Counted from the first letter of the whole stretch, positions 11,449-25,214 are shown. The stretch: 61,749 nucleotides of DNA, filler included, from Gonapodya sp. JEL0774 (GCA_027604505.1; 23 parts of 23 records of this genome joined end to end with filler, not necessarily neighbours in it); one strand, 5' to 3'. Notes: generated by a model not told the origin, from the letters alone. Numbers and translations: made by a program.

Positions 11449-12224
11449 GTTACCGGAAAAGGGCGATGGCGCGCTTTCTGAGACGGTCTTGAAGTTCTGG
11501 ACACGAGAAGGGTGGAACGCGGATATGAGAGAGAGTTCTGATCTCCAGTAATTTCGAGTGAGAGAAGGACGAGGTCTGCCGAGACAATATGCAACGTAAA
11601 ATTTGTCGAAGCTTCTGATCATTGTGACAAGTCCGGTGCCTGGACTCAGAGTGAGAACTTTGATGGCTGTTCAAAATGCATAATGGTGAACCGCGGTGAA
11701 TCGGAAAATGAACAACCGATGACTCGATGACTCAGACCATGTGATACAGGCCAAAGCATCACAGCACATGGAATGCAAACTGCTTATTTGCTCACATGTT
11801 CTGGTGATAAGCATGCTAGTAACAAACGTAGGGTCCTCGTTATATTTGCATTCCCATATTAAGACTCGGCGAGAACCCGTTTGATAAAGGAAAGAATACA
11901 TAACTCTGCAGAATTGGCTTTCAAAATGATCATATGTTACATAGACTGGCCATTTGACGTTAGTCAGTTATCAATACTGATGAGCCTCGTGAGAAATGAA
12001 TAGGCACGACGCAAGTGGCAGTGTACAATATCATTTGAGCCTGCCGTCACGTGGCAGAGAGTCTCCTGTTTAGCAATAATTTCGTTGCGGAATCGGGCAA
12101 AACTTTTGTGCACGGTCGCCTCCGGCGAATCCTTCTGCACGTGTTGTCCACGCTTCTCCAAGAAAAAGTAAGGGCACACATCCGGCGATGCGTCCGATCC
12201 ACCATCACAACTTTCTCCAGCACA

Positions 12225-13449
12225 ATGCGGTTTGGCTTGCTTGCGATTGCTGCTCTCCTTGTGGCGGCTGGCGCGGACGCGCAGGCGAAGAAGTTCGCTG
12301 CTGTTTTGAAAGGGCACGCGGTGAGTACCTGCTGTCCGGTCAACCATCATTTGCATAGTTCTGACGCGCATTGCACCGTAGCTCCTTCCGGACTCATTCC
12401 GCGTTGATCCTCCTGCTGATGGTGAGCTACTTCCTATGAATGAATGAACTGTTCATCAGCTGGAACGACCGTCCACATTGGTGTCGTTCTTTTCATCGAA
12501 GCTCCGGCTTTCTTCGCCACTGCCGGCAAATTTACTGCCAGCAATAAAAAGCGAGCTGATATCGTGGGCAGTTTGCCTGTCACAACTGACACAAATGCTG
12601 CTGCGTCTAAACCTCGGCCTGTGAACGTGAGTGGCGTGGTTGCAAAGAGCGTAACAGACATTTCGGTAATGTATCTAACCATTTCACATCATCACAAGGT
12701 CTCTATGCCCATCAAAGGTCAATCTGTTCAGGGAATGTCTGGCATCAGGTATCTCGGCAACAACATCTTTGCCGAGATTACCGACAACGGATACGGAAGC
12801 AAATTTAACTCTCCAGATGCGATGCTCATGATTCATCTGATCTACTATGATGTAAGTGTGCTATCTTCGCCTAATACAAAGGAAACATTGAGGTTTGATG
12901 ATCGGACGCAATATTCGGCCAGTGGGCAACTGGTGGGGCCAACTACATCCGCACCATCTTCCTCTCGGACCCCAAAAGTGAGCGTCGGCGTGTTTGTCTG
13001 AAGATGTCTCCGTGCACCATCTGAAGTTTTCATTGCATCTTGCAGAAATTCTTCCTTTCCTCATTGTCACCGAAACGACTGAGCGCCGTTACCTCACCGG
13101 TGCGGATCTCGATATCGAATCTATCAACTTTGTCAAGTCATCAATCTGGATCGGGGACGAGTTTGGACCCTATTTGTTGGAGTTCGACTGGGATGGTGTC
13201 CTGCAGAACGTATGTGCTCTGTCGGCCCACGTCTTCTCGTATTGCATACTTCCGCCACAGATTTACCTCACACTTTCGATAATTTGATTAGTTCTACGAA
13301 CCGATCGTGCCGGGCCTCGGACCCGCCCGTGCGCCGGAGAACTACAACATCTTCCCACTCCCTACAACTGGACAACCCGGTCTTGTCAACTTCGAAGTTC
13401 GCAGATCGCGCGGGTTCGAATCAAGCGCGTATGTAGCAGAGTCGGATAT
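12225..13449 (+). CDS. Secreted phytase-like / esterase-like beta-propeller protein (bacterial type), 3' truncated
   Basis: Signal peptide [19 protein letters not shown]. Exons 12225-12320, 12382-12421, 12502-12626, 12699-12851, 12923-12977, 13046-13209 and 13292-end give [62 protein letters not shown]. Confidence 0.85.
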
Positions 13450-13549
13450 NNNNNNNNNNNNNNNNNNNNNNNNNNNNNNNNNNNNNNNNNNNNTTAATTA
13501 ATTAANNNNNNNNNNNNNNNNNNNNNNNNNNNNNNNNNNNNNNNNNNNN

Positions 13550-13805
13550 ATGGTTTTTACAGCGTTAACGCATTTGGACAGAGGTTACTGTTGTGGGAAC
13601 AAGTGCAGGTAAGCCGTTTGCCGTTTGTCCCCGAGGTGACGATTCCGAACCGATGTCACCATTTACGTTTACCGTGTACAGGCACTGTCCCTATAAGTAT
13701 GAGAATGTGGGAAAGAAGGGGTCACAACGGGTACGGAGGGACAAACCTTTGGCCGATTTGGTCTCTTCGACCGAGAAGAGCGAACTGGAGGACGAGCGGG
13801 AATGA
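13550..13805 (+). CDS. DUF5522 (C1orf53-like) Cys-rich protein, 3' end
   Basis: Exons 13550-13608 and 13682-13805 give MVFTALTHLDRGYCCGNKCRHCPYKYENV, the family RG.CCG..CRHCPY motif. Confidence 0.8.
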
Positions 13806-13957
13806 GGGAGATGGAAAAGTACTCGAGGACTTTACATAATAATCGTTCTACTGCTACTTTTACTAGACTAGAATATTTGACTTGCATGTATAAAGTGTTT
13901 CTTGTGTCATAGTACTTCCATGTAGGTTTGCATCACAATTCATTTTTCAAGCTCAAA

Positions 13958-14746
13958 ATGCCCCCGCACAACCCCATCTCGGTGCTCTCTATTGGTTTTC
14001 GGCTAGCATCGCGTGATGCCTTCAAATCCCCGATTTCGTATCCACGGATTTCTCCTTCCTCGTGTTCTTTCTCGACTTCCATCTCGAGCTCGAGTTCAGC
14101 GGTATTAGCTCACTCGAGCCTGAGCAGCGTCCAAGGGCCCCTTATGCAAAGGGAATCGAGCAGCTCGACATTTGCACTGTCGATAAACTCACTTGGAAAC
14201 TCATCATTCCCCCTGCAATCGTCGACTCTCTCCCCCTTTCAACTCACCCAAGTGCGCCCCGCGTCCAAGAAGACTGGAGGCGGCTCCCGCAACACCAAAG
14301 ATAGTGCCGGAAAGCGCTTGGGAGTGAAGAAACCCACGGGGGCGCCGGTCAAACCGGGCATGATCATCGTACGACAACGTGGTCGGAGAATTCACCCAAG
14401 CCACGGCGTGGGCATAGGACGGGACCATACATTGTTCGCATTACGAGATGGTGCGGTCAAATTCTACTACGACTTGCCTAGACGGAGAGCGTACGTGTGT
14501 GTAGACGACGGGAGTGTTCCCCCTGTGCTGGTTTCCAAGAACGAGGCCAAGGCGCGGCTGGTGAACATGATTGATTTGGAAACTTACATGACCTTGAAAG
14601 GAGAAGAGCGGCACGCGTATGTAGTGCAGCTTTTGGAGGAGTACGAGCGAACTTTGGGTGGGTTGAGGGAGACAGTGGGTGAGGAGTGGGTAGTAGGGAG
14701 AAAGAGGGCATTTAAAGGTGTGGACTTGACACAATTGGAGGCGTAA
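13958..14746 (+). CDS. MRP7: Mitochondrial ribosomal protein bL27m
   Basis: Ser-rich presequence followed by [24 protein letters not shown]...[36 protein letters not shown], the L27 signature. Confidence 0.92.
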   Translation: MPPHNPISVLSIGFRLASRDAFKSPISYPRISPSSCSFSTSISSSSSAVLAHSSLSSVQGPLMQRESSSSTFALSINSLGNSSFPLQSSTLSPFQLTQVRPASKKTGGGSRNTKDSAGKRLGVKKPTGAPVKPGMIIVRQRGRRIHPSHGVGIGRDHTLFALRDGAVKFYYDLPRRRAYVCVDDGSVPPVLVSKNEAKARLVNMIDLETYMTLKGEERHAYVVQLLEEYERTLGGLRETVGEEWVVGRKRAFKGVDLTQLEA

Positions 14747-16357
14747 ATTGCGGCGGGGATTGACAATTTGTTACTGAAGACGTCGTGACTGAGCGAGAAC
14801 AGTTAGATTGGACAGTCCGAGTTCCTAGTTAACAATTGAAGGACTGCTAGCACCATGGGTTCTTCTTACCCCACGATGAATTTTTAAATGGTGACTAATG
14901 ATTCTGAGAATGTTCTATGGAGTTGGAATGTCGCTCATCTATATGAGGCCTATTTATGTAAGAGAGCTGGAGGTCCCACAGTCACATCCCATTTAATTGC
15001 CTCGATCCCGGACGCTCTGATCCCCAGGTAGTAGGGCGAGACTTCACGGCCTCGTGGGTTTTTTTCGACGCATATCGTCGTTGAATGTCTGAAGATGTCT
15101 GAAGGAAGGACTTTATTGTAACAGACAGGGTGCTCCGAATCTCTGGCAAGTCTGCACATAAGGGTGAGAGGGAGTTTTGTCTTGTACAGCTTGGGTGAGT
15201 TCCTGGATATTGATGCTTGCACTGTTCCTACCGACCAATGTTGGTCCCAAACCCACCCAGAAACCACGTAAACCCACCATTATTGACGGGGGGAAGGTAG
15301 TCACCGGGGAAGCCGGCGCGGCTGGGGGATGCCCATCACGTGGAGCACGATCCTCGTCCACCATTACGTTGGTGTGCTCCAGAAACTTCCAGCCTTTGGG
15401 GGCAGACGGCCAAGCGGCGGGGTAGAATTCATCTCTTACAAGTGTACGGTTAACTTCATTCCAATTGTCTGGCAAAGCTCCGCCATATGGCAAGTCGCGC
15501 GTGAGGGGGGTAGTTGTGGTGTGGCCAGGAGGTCGCATGTCCAGTGCTCCGTCATCTATCAAAGAGACGATGACTACTGATGCCGCCTGGACGTCCCTTT
15601 GGAATAATGAAACCCGTTAGCGAAATATCTCACCCGTCTTTTCTGAAAATCGGCGCATCTGATCGTGATGCTGATGTCCAACAGCTCTGGAGACGGTTTG
15701 CTTCTTGAATCGCAGTCCCGACTCCGACGTACCACCGACGCACGTCACATTGACCTGCCCTATATCAGCCGCTGGTGCACCTCTTCCTGCTCCGCCAGCA
15801 TTCGTGGGGGTGGCGACAAAGGATCAATCGCGATTGCGGGCGAGAAATATATCGGTCATTTCGAATTGTCGAAAGCTCGAGTTGTATTTGGGAAATGATT
15901 ACAGCAAGTCAATCGAAGGGAAATCTTTGAGCAATACTTTGTTGGGACTCGCTGAAGCTGATGGTGAATCTGAAACGATAGAGTGAGTGTGATCCAGACT
16001 TTGGTGCTCGCTGCTTGCTGATATATCTGTACAGTGTGAATCACTTCGGCGAACTCCACATGATCGATCATGAAATTGAAGCGCCAAATGAATGCAAAGA
16101 GATCCGAGTTAAGGCTGGTCTTCCAAAGTCTTGAATACTCCAACTATTCTTTGNNNNNNNNNNNNNNNNNNNNNNNNNNNNNNNNNNNNNNNNNNNNTTA
16201 ATTAATTAANNNNNNNNNNNNNNNNNNNNNNNNNNNNNNNNNNNNNNNNNNNNCGACTGAGAGTGGGACATGTGTCGAGTTTCAAGAAAGGAGTGGGATG
16301 ACTTTCAGAATGGGGCGATGGAAAAGATGAATTGCCTGTAGAGACGATTATACTTAC

Positions 16358-16376
16358 CTACGCGGACGGGAGCCAT
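16358..16376 (-). CDS. Probable first micro-exon (MAPVRV-G) of a Rossmann-fold oxidoreductase; remainder off contig
   Basis: ATGGCTCCCGTCCGCGTAG followed by a GTAAGT donor, divergent from the M36 gene. Too short to assign a family. Confidence 0.25.
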
Positions 16377-16706
16377 GGTATTGTGATAAAATGTGATTGA
16401 AGAGTGTTCTTTTCGGATGTGGAGAAAGGACACGGCGGCTAAATGATCACCCGCTCACCAAAACGATAACAAGCCCTTGATCTTCTGCTCTCGCCGCTCC
16501 AAGCACGTTTTCTCATTCCGTAGTTGCTTTCCTCATTTTGTATTCATTGAAGATTCATCGGACTTTCGATGTGAATCCGCCAAAACAAAATCTAACATCG
16601 CCACTTCGGCCTCAGAAACCGCTGACCCTGTAAAAGCAACACCAACACCCCACAGAACTCGGGACCCGCTCGGTTCCCCCTTTTCTTTTTTAGCAGCATC
16701 GTATCG

Positions 16707-18856
16707 ATGGTGACCGCGCGACCACTCTCTCTTGCCATTGCTGGCGTCCTCTTTTTGACGTCAGTGAACGCTGCGTGGGTTGAATCGCGGCCACCACCTC
16801 CTTCCTCTCTGGATCGCGAAGAAGGATATTTCCAAGCAGTGAGCATCGGTGTTGAATATGTGTCCACTGGAGTGCATGGCTTGATGGCTCTGTCTTGAAC
16901 GATCCAGGGACAAGAGGTGTACTTCAATCTCACATCCACAACGCCTGAGTTTGCTCCTGCCCACAACCTACTGCGAAAACGAGCACCACCTAGTCTGTAT
17001 TGAATCCCTCACATCTTCAAGCTACCACTCACGCGATCTTCATGCACGACAGATGCTACCGCTTTCGCACAAGCACAAGCAGATGTTATGGCTGCCTTGA
17101 CAGCAAACCGATCATACATTGTTCCCATGACGGAGCTTTTCGTTTATGACTCTCACGCTGATACCCTCGGTCTTATTTACTTGTGAGTTTATCGCTCGTC
17201 GGGGATGCTTTGAATTAGTCGTGATGTAACTTTGACATCATCTCGTTTTACTCCCGACCTTTTCTCGTCCACAGTTAGTGAGTTTTAGAATGTCAAAATT
17301 GACCATCCTTCTGTCTGAACTGGGAATTTCTCAAGTTTCGTACAGGCCGTCAGTGGCATCTTCATTGAAAATCGCGAAGCATCCGGTTTCTGGTACAATG
17401 GTCGAGTCATACAACTCAACACCAACCTTCTCACAGAGGCCCAGACTATTGCTGCTCGTACCCTATCGACGGTACCACGTGCCTCTGTAACGCTAGCCGC
17501 CCGAGCTGTCGTCGCTTATTACACCGACTTGACCACCGCCCAGGTCAACGCGCTCAACCTCAACGTTACGACCACTCGGCTGTCGAATAATGTGACGGTG
17601 ACATACTCGGTGACGGGCATGGAGTCATCCGGGATCATCGTGCTCCAAGCTGTCCAAGAATGGTGGGCACGGGACGACGGAACACTCGAACCCGCCTGGT
17701 TCTTTGACGTCGGGGCCGACACTGGCGAATGGGTTGGGATTCTCTTCTCGTCCAACGACGGTGAACTCCTCAAGGAAATTCCCTACACCACCAACGCCGC
17801 AGATACGACATACCTCTCGTACCCTCCCAAGGGCAAGTTCGATCCCTTCACCGTACCTCAACAACTTTACGTAGAGAGAGACGTGTCCCGTCCGGATGCT
17901 TCTCCCAATGGATGGTCTACGAACGGGTCGACCGTGGGACCCAATATGAAAGTTCTCTATGCCCCAACGGGGTCACTGGTGGGTACTTCTTGTGTCCGGT
18001 TCTTTGAACAATCGTTACCCAAGTAGTTCTCTCTCTGCTATTTAGTCGCAAGCACTATACATTCAAGGCAACTTATCCTACCCATACAACATATCCAATC
18101 CCTTGCAAGATTCATCGATCGCTTCCGCCATTTCCATGGTGTTTTTCTACGGAAATTGTAAGTCGACCGTTCGAACCCCGCATGTACTCGCCCACCATTC
18201 TCAATTTGCCCTCAACCTCCAGACTTTCACGACCTGCTCTTCCGCTACGGATTTGACGAAGGCGCGGGCAGTTTCCAGGATGTGAACCCCGACGGGTCCA
18301 CCGGCGGGAACGATGGAATTTTGGCCTTAATCCAGTTCGGGTCCGTGTCGTGTCCGCGGAGTCAGGCGGCGAGTGGATGCGTTGATGTACGTGGGACGAG
18401 TGAATTCTGTGGCACCTGTGCTTCTGCAAATGTAACTGACATGGTGAACCCGTTTGTCCTTGAAGAACGCAAATTTTGCCACGTGAGGACCAGTGTTTTG
18501 ATCGAAGAAAATATTAAAATGATGTAACGACCATGAACAACCGCTACCAGGCCTCCGGACGGATTCCAGCCTACAGCCAAGTACTACCTCTTTGAACCTG
18601 CTCCTGGTGTTATCCGCGACTCAGCAGTGGACTGGACCATCGTCTACCACGAGCTCTTCCACGGTGTCTCTAACCGTCTCACGGGCGGCCGCAAGGACGC
18701 TTCTTGTCTGAGCACTTTTGAGGCTCGGGGCATGGGTGAAGGGTGGTCAGACACATTCGCATGGCTCATGCAAATGACCCCGGACGACACACGGGCATCG
18801 GTTAAGCTTATGGCCGCGTATTCCAATATCGAGAACCTCAGAAATTATCCCTACTC
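16707..18856 (+). CDS. Fungalysin (M36) secreted metallopeptidase, multi-exon, 3' truncated
   Basis: Signal peptide MVTARPLSLAIAGVLFLTSVNA; DASPNGW; FHDLLFRYGFDEGAGSFQ; IVYHELFHGVSNRLTGG...GMGEGWSD (HExxH plus downstream E of M36). Confidence 0.92.
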
Positions 18857-18956
18857 NNNNNNNNNNNNNNNNNNNNNNNNNNNNNNNNNNNNNNNNNNNN
18901 TTAATTAATTAANNNNNNNNNNNNNNNNNNNNNNNNNNNNNNNNNNNNNNNNNNNN

Positions 18957-20422
18957 TCATCCCAGTAATTTCTGAATTCGAGAGCTAAGTCCTCAGGCCA
19001 GCGCGTAACATGCGAGCTTTCCAGTTCTGGGGGCACTTCCTCCATTGAGCCGAACTTGACTTCCAACCATCTTTTCCGCTTGCAATATCTATCATAAGAT
19101 TGATAGAGCATCAGAGAGACACAAGAGACGCTTACCTGCCAGTCATGATCCATGAAGTCATTATTGGAAAGCGACGCATCTTTAGGTAGTCAAAAGGATT
19201 TGAAACCTCTCAGATTACCCACAGCACAAAAAACGGAGTATGCCACCCATTTGCTCACCAATCAATTGGTGTGGCTCAGTTTCGAGAGCGTCAACTGCCC
19301 GTTCAAACAGGGGTAACATTCCCTCAAATATGGCCCTCATGGCACCATACACACGTGGGTAGCGGTGTCTATCAAGGTTATTGATGTAGCTGCTGATTTT
19401 CGCACGGCCGTCCCTGTCAACTGCGATATCTGTGGGCAGCCATTGAAAACGACGGGAAACGTCACAAGTCCAATCCCGTTGGCTCCCATTCCAAACAGAA
19501 GGAATGACTCCAGATAACGAATTCAAAACGGGTGAAAGAAGTGTATGGCCGTACACGAGGCAATTCATCGAAGGGTGAACGACGTCCAGGACCTGAGTTG
19601 TGCCCGGGTGCCAGTCACCGCGCGACAGTGCTTCGTCTTCGAGTGGTGCAACTACATGTGCGAAGGCTGTGAGTGTCTTAGGAGGAACGAGATCGTCCGA
19701 GAGGAACACTCCGTGGGCAGACGTTGGGGACGCAAAAGCCAATTCATTGGTGACGCCGTCATTAGACAAATGTTGGAGAGTCAAGAGGCTACGATCGGCG
19801 ATTTCCCGGAGCTCCTGGAGCATAAAAGCAACGGTGCTGTCGATGAGCTCCGTGTTGCTTTGCCATGTGGGCCATCGCTCGGCATTTTCAACAGGAGCCC
19901 TTTCTTCTGGACTCTCTTCAACGTCCTCGTCACTTTCAGAGGGAGTACTCTGTTCTGAATTCTCTTCTCCTTCGTCTTTCTGCCCCGTGAACTCCGTGGG
20001 AGACTGAGAGGCAACTTGTGAGGAGCTGGGAGTGCTGTCACCTGCCTGTTAGATCCACTCACATCCTCACAGTCTTCTCCAGACTGGGTAGAAGCCTCTG
20101 ACAGAAATCTTTGAGTTATACTGTCATGATTCGCCTTTGAAAGAGCCCTCAAGGGGTACGTTGCAGTATCGTTGTCGAACGCCAACGACATCCTCCGCAG
20201 ATTCGTCAATGCTTCTAGACCTTCCGTTTTCCACTTCTTTCGAATCTCTGGGTCTTCCATCTTGATCCACCAATGGGGTTTTATGAGAATCTCATTGAGA
20301 ATCACTCGGTACTCGCGTTCCAGTCGAGTGTATGGTATGGTCTCGCGACTTCGAAATTCAAGGTCGTTTCCGGGAAGGCCAGCCCCCGGTTGCCAAAAGA
20401 TTGGGAGGGGTTCAGTTTCCAT
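18957..20422 (-). CDS. DUF4246 family protein (copy 1), 3' truncated
   Basis: KPHWWIKMEDPEIRKKWKTE; DWHPGTTQVLDVVHPSMNCLVYG; SRRFQWLPTDI...ISSYINNL. Confidence 0.85.
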
Positions 20423-20940
20423 CTTTGGAGATACGGATCGAGAGCAAGCTGAGCTCTTGATGTGACAGTTTTGGGTTGAGTAGGGCAAATGAGCTGTGGC
20501 CTCTAGTTGGGTCTCCGTGAAACAATCCCGATCCCTTTTGACAACAACATCACATGAACAAGCTCCACCGTCAAACAGGCAATACTGCATATTCACGAAA
20601 ACCAACTTCTCTTCAGGCCTTCATAAAGGGATAGCCGAGTAACGCAGTCTCCCATTGTCGGAGATGATTCTGTTGCGGCAGCATGATCATCTTGACGCCC
20701 AGACAAAACTCTGGTGCTGACATTGGATTGGCTATTGACAAATGTGGCTGGGCCCGTCATCCCCCTTTGGAGTACACGCGACACCTGCGAGTGACTCCGA
20801 CCCGCGCGGACACTGAAGAAATCCACCCGGTCTTGACAGAGGCTCGCATTTGCGAAGAACTATTAATAGGAGCGCTCAATGTATTGTACTGTATCATGAT
20901 TTACTCTTCATATTTATACCAAATAAAGTGCCCACTGACA

Positions 20941-21558
20941 TCAATGCTCGCTGAATGTAAACAGCGCATCAGCTACCAGCTCGTTTGCCATATCTATAAG
21001 CACCAAAGAACTCACCACAAGAAAATACGTTGGACAGAGGCAAATCCTCCTTTCTCGGTCTTGCTTCTCTCGTTTGAAAGCTCCACGACATGCCTTTTGG
21101 CTTCGTCTCTGCTCATCGGCTGTATTTGTTCGGCTAAACTTCGCAGAACGGGATCTGGGAACTTCGACCCAAGGTGCATCCTCAACAAGTCGTGCGCAGC
21201 TGCTGCCTGTTGTGGTGGCACGAAGCTGGTTGAGGCGATGTGGTTATCTGGATGAACGAGGAACATAGCGAGAACACGGCGGTATCCAGGTTTTGTTGGA
21301 TCTAAGAGCCGGAACGGTTCCACACGGTGCTGTAAAAAATTTGGAAATACCACACAGCGACCGACTCGCGCTTCCATCTGACCCGACACTTGAACGTTCT
21401 GCGACCGCTCGTTTTCGAAGCCGTAGACCATCTCAAGAGCTGGGAACGTGTATTTCAAGCACTACTGCATCACGCATGGATCTTGTTTGAGCTCACCTCC
21501 AAAATCCGACTGTTCATACCCAAAGCTTTGGCCATCGTAAACATGTCGGAAGGATAGC
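20941..21558 (-). CDS. DUF4246 family protein (copy 2), 3' end
   Basis: GRCVVFPNFLQHRVEPFRLLDPTKPGYRRVLAMFLVHP...STSFVPPQQ. A final intron at 21015-20951 gives the family-typical C-terminus FLCEH*. Confidence 0.88.
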
Positions 21559-21658
21559 NNNNNNNNNNNNNNNNNNNNNNNNNNNNNNNNNNNNNNNNNN
21601 NNTTAATTAATTAANNNNNNNNNNNNNNNNNNNNNNNNNNNNNNNNNNNNNNNNNNNN

Positions 21659-22436
21659 CCAGAACATCAACTCACAAGTGAAACTAGATCCGTAGACAGC
21701 ACCTGTCCACTGCGGTCCCGTCTTTGTGGAGTTCCCTGTTGTGGTCGCGTTGGTTCCTGAAGAGGTGGTGTTCCCTGCAACGGTTTTGTTACTTGCTGCA
21801 GTCCCGGTTCCGTTGACGGCAACAATCGCAGCCTGTGATTTAGTTTTCGTTGCGTTCGCTACAAGCGCAGGGTCTGTGGGGCCCAGTCCGTGGATAATGC
21901 CCACCAGAGGGAGTTTAGGCTGGAGTGTCGAGAACTTTTCTCCAATGTCTGCATCAATGCCGTTGCCTTTGTTCACCAAGCAAGGAAGTCAAAAAATTTC
22001 ATTGCTCTCCGCACCTCATGCTGAAAACGCAGGATCTCCGAGAACTCACATCCATCCACTGCATAAATCAAGTGACCGCGGGCTCCCAGAGTCGGTATTG
22101 TAGCCGCCCACGGAAATCCCGCAATAGTGGCGTTTGTGAGCACATACTCCCGGGAGATGGTGTAGCCGTTTGGGTAGTTGAAGGAAATCAAGTCTTGCAA
22201 CCGGTACCCGGTCGCAGAACGAGAGCCAAACCGAGTAGAGAGTCAGGTACAGATAAACCATGCGGACAACAGACTCATATTGGAATACCAAACTCACCGA
22301 GTAATAAAGTCGGTTGCTGTGACCCCTGTGCGCCAACTCCATTTCCACCCAAAACGGCTGCCAAGACCCAAAAAGTCACCAACAGCGCTATCGCCCGACT
22401 TCGGAGCCACGGCGGCGGCTCTCTTTGCTCTCGCAT
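21659..22436 (-). CDS. Unknown secreted/membrane glycoprotein, 3' truncated
   Basis: Hydrophobic leader AIALLVTFWVLAAVLGG, several apparent exons, Thr/Asn-rich stretch with NxT sites. Confidence 0.45.
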
Positions 22437-23666
22437 TGAGCTAAGATGCGATTGGGCCGCAAGTCCGGTCAATGTTCCGAGGTTTTTGTACGGTCTGGCG
22501 ATCTCTGCCTGGGAGGAAGATGCCGCCTCCCCCACTTGCACCTCAAACCGAAGCGAGGAGTTGGGTCAAAAAATACCAACGATAACCTGTTCTTTTACCC
22601 ATCAAAGCTTGGATTCCTAATTGGTCTCATGAACTTGTAAGTCGCCATTTACTTTATGTCCTCTCTAATGTGAGGTGACACCCCCAGTTTACGTTTTCCA
22701 TCTCAATACGCACACAAATCACGACTGCGATGTGAAGTATCAAATGTACCTGTCGACATCTCCGGAGTGCAAAATACGTGCAAAGCACGGACGGCAATGT
22801 GGATCATTGGAGCTAGTGCTGTCGGGTTCTGGAGAGATAGAACAGCGTTCCAGTGAAATACAAAGCTGAAGCTCAGAGATCTCGACATGTTCTGTAGGGG
22901 TGATGACAATTAATAGCTTGGCACGGAGAAGAAGGTATTCGGTTTGATCCTCTCGGGTGTGACCGGGCGGATGAACTGAAGCTGGCTAAACCCAAGTCCA
23001 CTTCCCGACTCAACCTCGCTCTTCATGGATCTACACATGAATTCCTTGACATACACTAATCGATGGAGCCAAGGCCGTGAGCTTTCATGGTCTTTTCAAT
23101 TTTGAATGGGATCAGTGTCTGATTTCTTCCTGTTGCAAATGATTTCAACTGATTGCTCTGTTTGTCCCCGGATGCTCATGGCCTTCACCCGCTGGACAAT
23201 CAAAGGTTTTGGTGAACCAAAATTAGAAGACTTTATTGGACTCCGGACTCACGCCGCCAGACGCCAGGCTGTCAGATGGTGCAATATTTTGATTGTCCGT
23301 TGCCCCGTTAGGAGAGAAGCACCTGCGAAGTACTAATCCACTGAACGTCCTGAAGCACACCGACACCACCAATCTGGGAAGACACATCGTGTAGTAACAC
23401 AAACTTAGATGTCGTTCTCAATTCGCTATGAAGATTCTTTGCTTGAAACAGGTTCGGGGATGGACCCTGATCGCAGTCCCTGCGCATGTCGTGATGTTGG
23501 CACGTTGCAAAACTCTCTCTTTGTGAAGCCAACACTCTGCACCTTGCGTTTTCGCGCCATATTGATTTATCGAGCACTATTATTATGGCGTTGAGGGTCT
23601 GCCTTTATAAGTGGCCACCAGTGCTGATGTCCGCATCGATTGAGTACGATCCACAAACTCTGTGGG

Positions 23667-24252
23667 ATGTCGGACGGGAACCCCGCAACGAAAGATCTCC
23701 AGAAGCTCGTCGAGGAAGCTACCAAGGAGCATGTGGGCGATGACGACTTCTATTACACGCCAGAAGAGGAACGCGATGTTGTAAGTCAGAGAACGTCTGG
23801 ATGTCGATGAACTTCTGGATGGAATCTCAATCTCCTGTTACGTCCAGATCCGCATTCTCGACGTATGTAATTCAGACATACATAGCGTCAAGAATTTGAC
23901 CTCTAATAACCTACATCTTGTGGTCTCATGAAGCGGCGACTCATGCCTGCGATCCTCTTTTCGACATTCATGTGAGTATTATGTAATGGAAAGTGTTCAT
24001 GAGGTGGCTCTCTGACGTTGCCCCACTTCTAAGCTTAAACAAAGACAGGAGTAATCTTTCCAATGCAGTAGCGGGTGGACTCCCAGCTGATCTTGGCTTC
24101 GATCTCTCTGTCATCAACAACTCAGTCACGGTAAGTGTGAGCTGCGATGGAGTGAATGTACAGTGTGATCATTCGCCGTTCATGTTCTCATCAATCATCA
24201 TTTCGCATCACATCTCAGTTGCATGGAGCCACGTTTGCATTTTTCACGATCA
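23667..24252 (+). CDS. MFS transporter (ACS/allantoate permease-like), 5' part
   Basis: Spliced YTPEEERDV-IRILD-RRLMPAILFSTFI-LNKDRSNLSNAVAGGLPADLG, the typical TM1/DR.N..NA motif. Confidence 0.75.
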
Positions 24253-25214
24253 NNNNNNNNNNNNNNNNNNNNNNNNNNNNNNNNNNNNNNNNNNNNTTAA
24301 TTAATTAANNNNNNNNNNNNNNNNNNNNNNNNNNNNNNNNNNNNNNNNNNNNCACTTTGTGAATCGTCTCGAATCCTATTGATCAATAGGCCGTGACACT
24401 GAGGCTTTCAACAGACTAGAGGGCCCGCTCACTGAACTCACCACTGAGCCAGATGCACGGAGCCCGGCCACACAAAATTAGCATTCACGGGATGGAAGTC
24501 GAGTTCGTGAATTCGAAGATCCTTAAAGTGCCATGTTCGCTCATCGATATCTAGAAGAGAGAAAGATGGCCCTCTCACCATTTCGGGAAAACGGTGAATC
24601 CTTATGCGATCCTCCTAGTCTGAGCGCAGAGGCGACATCAGATATTGACAAATGCTGGCGGGTCCATCATAGCGCTCCCACCTCGGTTCGTTCTTCGTCA
24701 TCAGAGGAATCCCCGAAAAATCCTGCTGTGGAGACCTGCGGATCAAATTGCCAGTCTTGATTCGCCATGTATCAATCACGAAACTCGCGATCGCGCTATA
24801 ATAATGGGAGGGGAGGTGGTGCCTTGGAGAATAATTGAACTGCCGACATATACCGGGTCCGGCAAGGCAAGCCCTGCACAAAGTTTTCGAAAAATCGGGC
24901 TCATTGTCGCAGCACGTCCACTCTGAAACCCCTGCCGGTTTCTACAAATTCTTCCAAATGAACCGACCGACCCTGACGCCCACACGTTTGGCCTTCATGT
25001 CTGCACAATCACTCCTACTGACCCCCCGGCAACGTACCTGTACTTCTCAACTCCTCACCTGAAACACACTTCCCGAAGACACCACACCTGATCTTGATAT
25101 CAACTCGCTCCTCACCAGCATTCGGTTAGCAACAGAGGACATCCTCAGTGTTAGCCCTCCACTCCTGATCGCCCACATCACTGCTTGGTCTCGTGCGTTT
25201 CGATGCTTTGCCAC

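Noticed and set aside
8185..13449. Primase-helicase plus neighbouring ORFs as one viral gene cluster
   Set aside because: The neighbours lie across artificial linkers, and the adjacent phytase-like gene is spliced.
15113..16153. 149-aa minus-strand ORF with broken upstream frames
   Set aside because: May be a decayed gene, but no family or consistent exon structure could be established.
24353..25210. Plus-strand fragmented ORFs beside the D5-like relic
   Set aside because: Stop-interrupted and unassignable; not enough evidence to call a mobile element.
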